Shown: positions 41,652-49,873 of the stretch, piece by piece
Layout: each line of letters opens with the position of its first letter
Position numbering within the stretch: position 1 is the stretch's first letter
Assembly: GCA_964372665.1 (NCBI GenBank)
Contig: CAYJRE010000003.1
Location: 1-57,702, forward strand
DNA length: 57,702 nucleotides
Reading direction: 5' to 3'
Source: an uncultured archaeon
GTDB taxonomy: Archaea > Iainarchaeota > Iainarchaeia > Iainarchaeales > VGJJ01
Translations under genes and position numbers: made by a program
The notes under the pieces: model-generated
Told to the model about the DNA's origin: nothing
Databases searched by the model: none
Seen by the model: only the letters and a program-made list of their open reading frames with translations

Positions 41652-41912
41652 TTGGATAAACTGAATATTCGCGCGGCCACGATTGCCGGGGGATTAGCGG
41701 CAGGATTATCCCATTTTCTGTTTGGAATAGTGGGAGTGTCAACCGGCAGCATGATGAGCATGTATCGCATGATGTTCGGTAGCATGATGGGAAGCGCGGT
41801 TCCTGACTTTGGTTTCACGTGGCTGGTGTACAGCACGGCCTTCTGGCTCATCATCGGAGGAGTCATCGGATATTTGGTGGCATTCTTTTACAATTGGGCA
41901 ATGAAAAAATAA
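41652..41912 (+). CDS. Small Met-rich membrane protein
   Basis: TTG start preceded by GAGAGGTGA. Two TM segments flank GSMMSMYRMMFGSMMGS. Divergent from the island regulator. Confidence 0.45.
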   Translation: MDKLNIRAATIAGGLAAGLSHFLFGIVGVSTGSMMSMYRMMFGSMMGSAVPDFGFTWLVYSTAFWLIIGGVIGYLVAFFYNWAMKK

Positions 41913-41998
41913 GGGATTGCCCAATTCTATTTTTTCCCAACGATGATAAGGATCGTACGTATACCTCTTTTTTATAGGCGAAACACGTACGAAAACGA

Positions 41999-43456
41999 AT
42001 GAAAGAACACGCCAACTACGTCCGCGGAAAATGGGTCCATTCCCCCAGCGGAAAAACGTTCGATTCATTGAACCCCGCCACCGCCAAAAGCATTGGAAAA
42101 TTCCAAGCAAGCACCAAAAAAGACGTAGAAAAAGCGATTGAGGGCGCGGAAAAAGCGTATGAAGAATGGTCCAGCACCCCCGCGCCGAAACGGGCCGAAT
42201 ACTTATTTGAAATTTCACATCTGCTGAAAAGAAACAAAGAAAAATTAGCGGAAAGAATGACCGAAGAAATGGGAAAAATACTGAAAGAAGCGCGAGGAGA
42301 CGTGCAGGAAGCCATTGACGTGTTTGAATACATGGCGGGGGAAGGAAGAAGACTTTTTGGATACACCACGCCCAGCGAACTGAAACACAAAATGGCCTAT
42401 ACCATTCGAAGACCGGTTGGAGTAGTGGGGCTCATCACCCCGTGGAACTTTCCCATGGCCATACCCGCATGGAAAATCTCCCCCGCACTCATTTGCGGAA
42501 ACACAATCGTATTCAAACCCAGCTCCGACACCCCAAGATGCGCCATTGATTTGGTGAAAATCATCGAAGGGGCAGGCGTTCCTCCAGGAGTCGTGAACAT
42601 GGTGACAGGAAGCGCGGAAGAAGTGGGAAAAGAAATCGTGGAAAACCCACGCATTCGCGGAATTTCTTTCACGGGAAGCAAAGAAACAGGAAAATGGATC
42701 ACCCAACACGCGGGAATCAAAAAAATAGGATTGGAATTGGGAGGAAAAAACGCCATTATTGTGATGGATGACGCGGATTTGGATCTGGCAGTAGACGGAA
42801 TCCTTTGGGGCGCGTTCGGAACAACGGGGCAGCGCTGTACCGCGGCAAGCCGAGTGATTGCGCACGAAAAAATGGTGAAAAAACTGGAAGAAAAACTCGT
42901 GAGCAAAGCGATGAAACTGAAATTGGGAAACGGATTGAAAAAAGACACCGATGTGGGGCCACTCATCAATGAAAAAGCGGTGGAAAAGAGCATCCGGTAT
43001 AGTGCAATTGGGAGAAAAGAGGGAAAGTTGTTGTGCGGAGGAAAAGCATTGGACACGCCGGGATTCTTTTTCGAACCCACCATTTTTTCACACGTGAAAG
43101 CGCACGCCCGCATCGCACAAGAAGAAATATTCGGCCCCATTCTGAGTATTATTTCGGTGAAAAGCCTGAATGAGGCCATCCGCGTATGCAATGGGGTCGA
43201 ATACGGGCTGAGCAGCAGCATCTACACGAATGACATCGCGAGTGCCATGCTCGCGATTGAAAAAATTGAAGCCGGAATCACGTATGTCAATTCCTCTACA
43301 ATTGGCGCGGAAGTGCACTTGCCATTCGGAGGAATCAAACAAACCGGAAATGGAACAAGGGAAGCAGGAATAGAAGGCATCCATGAGTTCTCGGAAACAA
43401 AAACGGTTTACATCGATTATTCTGGAAAATTGCAGAAGGCACAGGGCATTGATTAA
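41999..43456 (+). CDS. NAD(P)-dependent aldehyde dehydrogenase
   Basis: FTGSKETGKWI, ELGGKNAIIV (catalytic Glu), GQRCTAASR (catalytic Cys), EEIFGP. Confidence 0.9.
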   Translation: MKEHANYVRGKWVHSPSGKTFDSLNPATAKSIGKFQASTKKDVEKAIEGAEKAYEEWSSTPAPKRAEYLFEISHLLKRNKEKLAERMTEEMGKILKEARGDVQEAIDVFEYMAGEGRRLFGYTTPSELKHKMAYTIRRPVGVVGLITPWNFPMAIPAWKISPALICGNTIVFKPSSDTPRCAIDLVKIIEGAGVPPGVVNMVTGSAEEVGKEIVENPRIRGISFTGSKETGKWITQHAGIKKIGLELGGKNAIIVMDDADLDLAVDGILWGAFGTTGQRCTAASRVIAHEKMVKKLEEKLVSKAMKLKLGNGLKKDTDVGPLINEKAVEKSIRYSAIGRKEGKLLCGGKALDTPGFFFEPTIFSHVKAHARIAQEEIFGPILSIISVKSLNEAIRVCNGVEYGLSSSIYTNDIASAMLAIEKIEAGITYVNSSTIGAEVHLPFGGIKQTGNGTREAGIEGIHEFSETKTVYIDYSGKLQKAQGID

Positions 43457-43486
43457 GGTTAAATACTCGAAAAAGGTCCCGTACAC

Positions 43487-44296
43487 ATGAAAAACACTGG
43501 GAAAAACATTCGGTGGAATTCCTTCGGATTGGGGATCCTTCTCAGTATTCTTGTTTTCGTTTTCTTGTTGAATTATCCCCCGTTCGTGGAAAGCATTCAT
43601 GTCGGAAGCGCAATCGTATTCCACGGATTACACACGATTGCAACCGACGATTCTGGAACAACGAGTGTGGATGCGGACGGCGACGGAATCATCGACACGG
43701 CCGAACAAGCCTGCGGGGTCGGAACCAACTGTGCGATTGACACGCTGGATATTGTGGACGGGACCATCGTCAGCGCGGACGTGGACCCCGCCCAAATCCA
43801 ATTACGCGTCTCTGGAACCTGCGCGGCGGGAAACGCAATCCGAGTAGTAAACCAAGATGGGAGCGTCACCTGCGAACCCGCGGGGGGAGGGGGAGGCGGC
43901 GATGGGAACGACAAGGTTGGAATCACAAGCGCTGACACGACGCCCAATTACCTGCAAAGCAAACTGGTTGCCGGCAGCAATATCACACTCACCAAAAACA
44001 ACCCGGGGGGAAACGAAACGTTAACGATTGCCGCAACCAGCCCGACTGCAAACTATGTGATTCAAACAGCCACCGGAAGCTCGGGAGGAAGCACAACAGC
44101 CAACGCGACCGCAAACTGTGTGTCGCCCCAATCGCGGTTAGTGGGATGCAGCATGGCCTTCGACAACACGAGCGGGGGAAACCAATTCATCATCGAAATG
44201 TCGGCAGTCCCGGCCGCTTCCTCCTGCACGGCCCACACCGTGCTCAACACAACGGTTGCTTTCACCGTGACAGCGTATGCGATTTGCACGAATTAA
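43487..44296 (+). CDS. Secreted or anchored hypothetical surface protein
   Basis: N-terminal TM segment, DADGDGIID, paired Cys residues, a G5 tract and Thr/Ser/Asn-rich beta-like repeats. Confidence 0.6.
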   Translation: MKNTGKNIRWNSFGLGILLSILVFVFLLNYPPFVESIHVGSAIVFHGLHTIATDDSGTTSVDADGDGIIDTAEQACGVGTNCAIDTLDIVDGTIVSADVDPAQIQLRVSGTCAAGNAIRVVNQDGSVTCEPAGGGGGGDGNDKVGITSADTTPNYLQSKLVAGSNITLTKNNPGGNETLTIAATSPTANYVIQTATGSSGGSTTANATANCVSPQSRLVGCSMAFDNTSGGNQFIIEMSAVPAASSCTAHTVLNTTVAFTVTAYAICTN

Positions 44297-44315
44297 AGAG
44301 AAAAAAAAGACACTA

Positions 44316-44771
44316 TTACAAGTGTGCCCGCAACCACAAAATATCTTCCGTAGCAATGCGTCTGCGGCCAATCCATGGTTTCACGTTGGAACCCACCAAT
44401 GAACCACGACTATCCACAAAAACATATTTGCGGGATTTCAAAAAGTCAAGCAATACATGGTCATCCCATGAAGCGAGCGCAAGCTTTCCCGCGATGCTTT
44501 CGCGTGCCAATTTCAACCCTCCTGCATATTCACTAGAACTTCTCCTTTCCGCTGGAATGCCTCGTAATTCGGCAATATTCGTTCCGGTCAAGTATCGATC
44601 CTCCCCCTTTCCACGCAACCCGCGGCTCCTGCCTTTAACAAGGGCCGAGATAACCGCTTGGGGTTCCGGCGGAAAACCGCGTGCGCGCGGACGACGAAAA
44701 AAAGTTTCACCAACATGGAGTTGACGAGAACGATTACGAGGAGGAGTGTTGCGTGGCTTGGGAGTCGGCAT
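44316..44771 (-). CDS. Hypothetical protein
   Basis: ATG 44771 (MPTPKPRN...). Basic N-terminus and a globular-looking C-half. Preferred over the overlapping + strand ORF 44146..44724, which is Arg/Pro/Ser-rich. Confidence 0.45.
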   Translation of the reverse strand: MPTPKPRNTPPRNRSRQLHVGETFFRRPRARGFPPEPQAVISALVKGRSRGLRGKGEDRYLTGTNIAELRGIPAERRSSSEYAGGLKLARESIAGKLALASWDDHVLLDFLKSRKYVFVDSRGSLVGSNVKPWIGRRRIATEDILWLRAHL

Positions 44772-44845
44772 AATCCACGAACCATTCAATAAAATATAAA
44801 CCTCTCGGTCCACACGCTTTTATAGTCAGACCCAACACTGGAAGC

Positions 44846-46093
44846 ATGAAGCACATCCATATCAAAACGCACCTGCCGGGGCCCAAATCCAAAGCCATTC
44901 TGGAGAGACTCAAACAAAAAAATGGCGCGTTCAACGTGGACCATTTGTACGTGCACTCGGAAAAAGGAAAAGGAAGCCACTTCGAAGATTTAGATGAAAA
45001 CACGTTTCTCGATTTTGCGGGGCAGATCGCGAGCAACCCGTTGGGGTACAATCATCCCGCCATGTTGCGAGTGCTCCAAAAACACTCCTCTTACACCCCC
45101 ATCAAATATGGAGGACAGGATTTCGTGGTGATGCAACACTTGGAGCTCATCGAAGAATTATTGAAAATCGTCCCAAAACAGTTTGACGCCGCATTCTTGA
45201 TCAATTCGGGGGCAGAAGCCAATGAAAACGCAATCAAAATAGCGTGCCGAAAAAAACCAAGCGCCAAATTTGGAATATCATTTCAGAACGCATGGCATGG
45301 GAGAACGAGCGGGGCCCTCTCGCTTACCAACTCCCGCAGCGTTCAAGTCAAACATTACCTCAAAATACCCGTCAAACGATTACCCTATAACGAAACCGCG
45401 AGCGAAGAATTGGAAAACATGATTAAACGAGAATGCGATGCAAGCGAAATAGGGTTCGTGATCATGGAATGCGTGCAGGGAGAAGGGGGGTACTATCCTG
45501 CGCCCCAAAAAATGGTGAAAGACATTAGAAAAACAACCCAAAAATATGGAATCCCATTAATCTGCGATGAAGTACAGTCCGGAATGGGGCGCACGGGAAA
45601 ATGGTGGGCGTACCAGCACTATGGCATCGTGCCCGATATTCAAAGTTGCGCTAAAATGCTCCAAGTGGCGGCGACGGTGAGCAAAAAAAGCATGTTTCCC
45701 ACCGAAGCCAGCTCCATTTCTTCCACGTGGGGAGGGGGACATGTGTTAGACATGGCGATGGGGGTGGCCGTGATCCAAGAAATAAAAAAGAAAAAGCTAC
45801 TCAGAAACGCGCAACGAATGGGAAATGAGATCCACCAGCGACTCAAAGAAATCCACGTGCAAACGAACGCCATCCACCACCCCCGAGGATTGGGGCTCAT
45901 GCAAGCATTCGATTTGGTCGATGTAAAGACCAGAGACCATTTCCAACAAAAATGCTTCCAAAAAGGGCTCATTATGCTGGGGTGCGGATGGAATGGAATG
46001 CGGATATCGCCCTCCTTAAATATAAGAAAAGAAGAAATCCATGAAGGAATGGATATCATCGAAGAAATCGCCAGGCAAACGAAAAGGAGGTGA
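44846..46093 (+). CDS. Class III (omega) aminotransferase
   Basis: NSGAEANENAIK, LICDEVQSGMGRTGKWWAYQHYG, PLP-Lys in QSCAKML. Confidence 0.9.
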   Translation: MKHIHIKTHLPGPKSKAILERLKQKNGAFNVDHLYVHSEKGKGSHFEDLDENTFLDFAGQIASNPLGYNHPAMLRVLQKHSSYTPIKYGGQDFVVMQHLELIEELLKIVPKQFDAAFLINSGAEANENAIKIACRKKPSAKFGISFQNAWHGRTSGALSLTNSRSVQVKHYLKIPVKRLPYNETASEELENMIKRECDASEIGFVIMECVQGEGGYYPAPQKMVKDIRKTTQKYGIPLICDEVQSGMGRTGKWWAYQHYGIVPDIQSCAKMLQVAATVSKKSMFPTEASSISSTWGGGHVLDMAMGVAVIQEIKKKKLLRNAQRMGNEIHQRLKEIHVQTNAIHHPRGLGLMQAFDLVDVKTRDHFQQKCFQKGLIMLGCGWNGMRISPSLNIRKEEIHEGMDIIEEIARQTKRR

Positions 46094-46098
46094 ATACC

Positions 46099-47130
46099 AT
46101 GCAAAAAATGGACTTCAAGACGCTGGAAGAGCTCACGGACATCGACGGAGTTTCCGGAAACGAGGAAAAGGTAAGGGAATACATCCGGAATAAAATCGCA
46201 AAAAATGTGGACGTAACTACTACGGACAAGCTGGGAAACCTCATCTGCCACAAGAAAGGAAAAAAACCCTCGCTCATGCTCGCGGCCCACATGGATGAAA
46301 TAGGGCTCATGGTCAAACGCATCGACACCAATGGTAGGATTTATGTCTCTGCGTTGGGGGGGATCAACACCATCAACGTGATTGGGCAAACCGTCCAAGT
46401 CGTCGGAAAAAAAGGCATTGTCAAAGGAATCATTTCAACGAAAGAAATCAACAACGATTACGAAATAGAAGAAATCCCAGGAATAAACGACGTATTCGTG
46501 GACACGGGATTAACCAAAAAACAATTGGAAGAAGCCGGAGTAGGAATCGGGGCTTACTTGAGCTTGGAACGCACCGACCACGACATTGGAAACAAAGAAT
46601 GGATCGCCGGAAAAGCGCTGGACGATCGAGTCGGTTGCTTTGTCTTGCTCGAAATAGCCAAGGTTATTCGAAAAAGCCCATACGACATCTTTTTGGTTTT
46701 CACGGTGCAAGAAGAAGTGGGATTGTACGGCGCCAAAGTCTCCGCCTACCAAGTGAACCCAGATATGGCGATTGCCGTGGACGTGGCAAACGCCAATGAT
46801 ACGAATGAGGAGCCCACCAAAACAGTCGGAAAAGGACCCATATTAACCATGAAAGACGATGAAATGATAGGAAACGCATGCTTAAACGACTACTTTAAAG
46901 ACGAAGCCAAAAAAATGAAAATCCCCGTGCAATTGGAAGTCAGCAACTTCGGAACAACCGATGCATTAACCATTTCGCTGAGCAAAGGAGGAGTGCCCGC
47001 CACTTCCTTAGGGGTATGCGTACGAAACATCCACACGACTCACAGCATTGGCAGCAAAAAAGACATCCAACAATGCGCCGAATTACTCGAACAATTCTTG
47101 ACGAAACCGCCAATCCATTGCGTGAAATGA
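46099..47130 (+). CDS. M42-family aminopeptidase (FrvX/TET-like)
   Basis: GVSGNEEKVREYI, LMLAAHMDEIG, GKALDDRVG, VQEEVGLYGA. RBS AAGGAGGTGA before ATG 46099. Confidence 0.9.
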   Translation: MQKMDFKTLEELTDIDGVSGNEEKVREYIRNKIAKNVDVTTTDKLGNLICHKKGKKPSLMLAAHMDEIGLMVKRIDTNGRIYVSALGGINTINVIGQTVQVVGKKGIVKGIISTKEINNDYEIEEIPGINDVFVDTGLTKKQLEEAGVGIGAYLSLERTDHDIGNKEWIAGKALDDRVGCFVLLEIAKVIRKSPYDIFLVFTVQEEVGLYGAKVSAYQVNPDMAIAVDVANANDTNEEPTKTVGKGPILTMKDDEMIGNACLNDYFKDEAKKMKIPVQLEVSNFGTTDALTISLSKGGVPATSLGVCVRNIHTTHSIGSKKDIQQCAELLEQFLTKPPIHCVK

Positions 47131-47150
47131 AAAAAGCGGAAAAAGACACG

Positions 47151-47396
47151 TCATGCGAGATTCAACGCTTTCTTCAACGCGGGTTTGTCAAAACCCACAA
47201 TGATTTTTCCATCAATTTCCGTCACGGGGACGCCGGACTGACCCGACTTCATGATCATCTGCTGCGCGGACTGCGTATCTTCCGCGACATTGATTTCCGT
47301 GTACGCTATCTTATTCTCACGCAGAAATTCTTTCTCCAAATGACAATACGGGCAGGTGGGGGTGGAATAAATGATTATTTTAGGAATGGATGCCAT
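47151..47396 (-). CDS. Glutaredoxin-like protein
   Basis: IIIYSTPTCPYCHLEKEFLRENKIAYTEINV...GVPVTEIDGKII. Confidence 0.8.
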   Translation of the reverse strand: MASIPKIIIYSTPTCPYCHLEKEFLRENKIAYTEINVAEDTQSAQQMIMKSGQSGVPVTEIDGKIIVGFDKPALKKALNLA

Positions 47397-47476
47397 GAAC
47401 AAAAACCCCAATAGGGATAGAAGAACAAATGAATCCGGGAATATAAAGAGATATTCCCAAATCGGAAAAAGAAAGA

Positions 47477-47995
47477 TTATTTCGCATTGACTTCGACAAG
47501 CAATTTCTCGATCACGGCCTTGAACTCGGCAGCCTCGGCATCCAAGTTATCTTGAGCCTCGTACGCGTTGCCGATGCGATAGTACTTGCATCCGAACAAG
47601 TAAACGGGAACACCCATCTCGGGATTCGTTTTCTTGAAGAGCTCGACCTCTCCAGTGGGAATCGTGCTCTCTTTTTGGGGAGTGTATTGATTGTTTCCCA
47701 CATCCAAATCCCAGTGCATGGCCACGATTTTCCCGGCTTTCACATATTCGTCCATGACCCCGTTGAACGTGGCATTGATCCACCGGCAATGCGGGCAAAA
47801 CGTGGTCGAATACAAACGAATGACGGTTTCCCGTTATCGGTGCAAATTTCAGCGGTTGGCGTCACGACTTGGAAAGACTGAATCGCCGATGGCTGAATCT
47901 TACTCGTGTCCCGCGAATCATACGAAGAAGAGATGCAACCCAAAAAGAAGACCAAAAAGAAAAGAGACAAAAAAAGGAAAAAAAAGATTCTTCAT
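47477..47995 (-). pseudogene. Thioredoxin-like lipoprotein gene interrupted by frameshifts
   Basis: The C-part (frame of 47477..47815) reads IRLYSTTFCPHCRWINATF... The N-part (frame of 47740..47970) reads LFFLVFFLGCISSS...AEICTDNGKP. The frames meet at 47822-47833. The only ATG (47995, MKNLFF) is in a third frame, across A7/A8 runs. Confidence 0.55.
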
Positions 47996-48063
47996 CGTGA
48001 GCCAACAAGAGAACCAACGAAAATAAAAAGGAGAAGGAGAAAAAAAACCTTTCTCTCCCCAAA

Positions 48064-48900
48064 TCAGGCTAACAATTGATCGATCGCCGCGGTAAAGCTC
48101 GCAGTAGGCTGTGCGCCTACAATCAATTGACCTTTCTCTGCGCGCTTGCCTAAAATGAAGGAAGGAGTTCCCCTCACCCCCATCTGAGTGCCTTCCGTCT
48201 GATTGGCCTGAATCTCGGCATCAAACTTCTTGGAATCCAAGCACGAGTTGAACGAAGCCTCGTTCAAACCCAATTCTTTGGCCCAAGCCTTGACATCGTC
48301 CGCGGTGATGGTACTAACCGTCCCCCCAGAAGGATCTGCGGCTTGCTGCTTGTCAAAAACGGCTTTCTTCATCTCCCAAAACTTTCCTTCATCCCCCGCA
48401 CAACTCATCGCCTCCGCAAACGTCGGAGCCATGGGGTGGAAGCTCAATGGAAAATGCTTGTAAACGACTTGAACCTTCCCCGTGTTCACATAATTTTGAA
48501 CGATATCCGGAAACGTCTGGAGCGCAAATCTTCGGCAGAATGGGCATTGGCCATCCGAATACTCCACCAACACAATGGGAGCGTCATCTTTCCCTAATTT
48601 GGCCGCGTAATTGCTGGAGGCCAACTCCGCCATCGTCTTAGATGGAGTAGGAGCCAGGTTTCCTTGACCGGGGTCCGGTGTTGGCAAGGCATTGTTACCC
48701 GAACCAGTGTCTCCGGCAGGGGCCGCTCCGGTAATCGTCAGTGCAGCCAAACCCGTGGCCACATTGCCCGAGGCCGTCATCATCGAATAACCCAAAATGA
48801 CAGATGCTAACAAAATACTCAATGGAAGCACATACACCGAAAAATCGTTCGAAGAACGATTCGCGGGCTGTGAAACAGAACCCCCGGTCAAATCAGTCAT
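48064..48900 (-). CDS. DsbA-like thioredoxin-domain protein, TM-anchored
   Basis: TM anchor, low-complexity linker, VEYSDGQCPFCRRF (CPFC), C-terminal GTPSFILG cis-Pro region. Confidence 0.8.
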   Translation of the reverse strand: MTDLTGGSVSQPANRSSNDFSVYVLPLSILLASVILGYSMMTASGNVATGLAALTITGAAPAGDTGSGNNALPTPDPGQGNLAPTPSKTMAELASSNYAAKLGKDDAPIVLVEYSDGQCPFCRRFALQTFPDIVQNYVNTGKVQVVYKHFPLSFHPMAPTFAEAMSCAGDEGKFWEMKKAVFDKQQAADPSGGTVSTITADDVKAWAKELGLNEASFNSCLDSKKFDAEIQANQTEGTQMGVRGTPSFILGKRAEKGQLIVGAQPTASFTAAIDQLLA

Positions 48901-49066
48901 ACCAAATCAAACCTCCAATCAATTACCCTCACGCCAAAAGCGGGCGGAATACGAATTAGAATGCACCATGCGTGTTTATAAAAACGTCCAAAAAACAAGC
49001 CCCCCACCAACAACAAGAGGGAACGGAGAGTAGTATTAAAAGAACCCAAACCCTGAATCCACGCGT

Positions 49067-49804
49067 ATGAACCGCGTCCCAACAGGAATCATGGGAATGG
49101 ACGAGCTCATCGAAGGAGGATTGCCCGAAGGAAGAAGCTTCCTCGTGAGCGGCGCAACGGGAACTGGCAAAAGCATCTTCTGCACGCAATACATCTACCA
49201 AGGAGCGGTGACCTACAAGCAACCCGGCGTGTACGTGACACTGGACGAACGACCCAACTTGCTGCGCGAAGACATGCTCTCCTTCGGATGGGATTTGCGC
49301 AAGCTCGAAGACGATAACTTGATCGAAATCATTGATGGAAGCGTGGCCAAAATAGGGTTGCCGAGCGAAGAACAATTCGCCATGCCCACCGGATTCGACT
49401 TAGACAAACTATTATTGGAAATCATGCGCACGACTCGAAGAATCGGCGCCAAACGAATCGTCATCGACAGCATTCCCGCATTAGGATTCAATTATGACAA
49501 TCCGAATGATATTCGCAAAGCAGTGCTCAAAATCAGTTACATGCTGGAAAGAACCGGCGTCACGAGCCTGCTGGTAAGCGAAATAAAAGAAGGAGACAAT
49601 GTTTTCTCCCGATTTGGAGTGGAAGAATTTGTCGTGGACGGCGTTTTCATGTTGCACTATTTGGGATTGGGAACGCAAAGCAACCGAACATTACATATCC
49701 GAAAACTCCGCGCCACGCATCATTCGGAGGATTTGCACCCCATCCAAATAACGGAAAGAGGAATCCAAGTCCAAAAACTCGCGGACATCTATCGGAAAGC
49801 ATGA
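49067..49804 (+). CDS. KaiC-like RecA-superfamily ATPase
   Basis: RVPTGIMGMDELIEGGLPEG, Walker A SGATGTGKS, Walker B RIVIDS. Single-domain archaeal KaiC/Rad55-type. Confidence 0.85.
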   Translation: MNRVPTGIMGMDELIEGGLPEGRSFLVSGATGTGKSIFCTQYIYQGAVTYKQPGVYVTLDERPNLLREDMLSFGWDLRKLEDDNLIEIIDGSVAKIGLPSEEQFAMPTGFDLDKLLLEIMRTTRRIGAKRIVIDSIPALGFNYDNPNDIRKAVLKISYMLERTGVTSLLVSEIKEGDNVFSRFGVEEFVVDGVFMLHYLGLGTQSNRTLHIRKLRATHHSEDLHPIQITERGIQVQKLADIYRKA

Positions 49805-49873
49805 ATAAAACAACCCTCGAGGCCTGAAGTGGGCGATTCATTAATAAGCCATCCTTAAGGCAAAAATAATCAA

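Noticed and set aside
44146-44724. 192-aa + strand ORF overlapping 44316..44771.
   Set aside because: Arg/Ser/Pro-rich and low-complexity, beginning inside the preceding gene's 3' end. The - strand frame looks more protein-like, although it too is only moderately supported.
42245-46398. Long antisense ORFs within the aldehyde dehydrogenase, aminotransferase and M42 peptidase genes (42397..43221, 42245..42865, 45640..46398).
   Set aside because: The sense frames carry complete catalytic motifs. The antisense frames have no motifs and show skewed composition.
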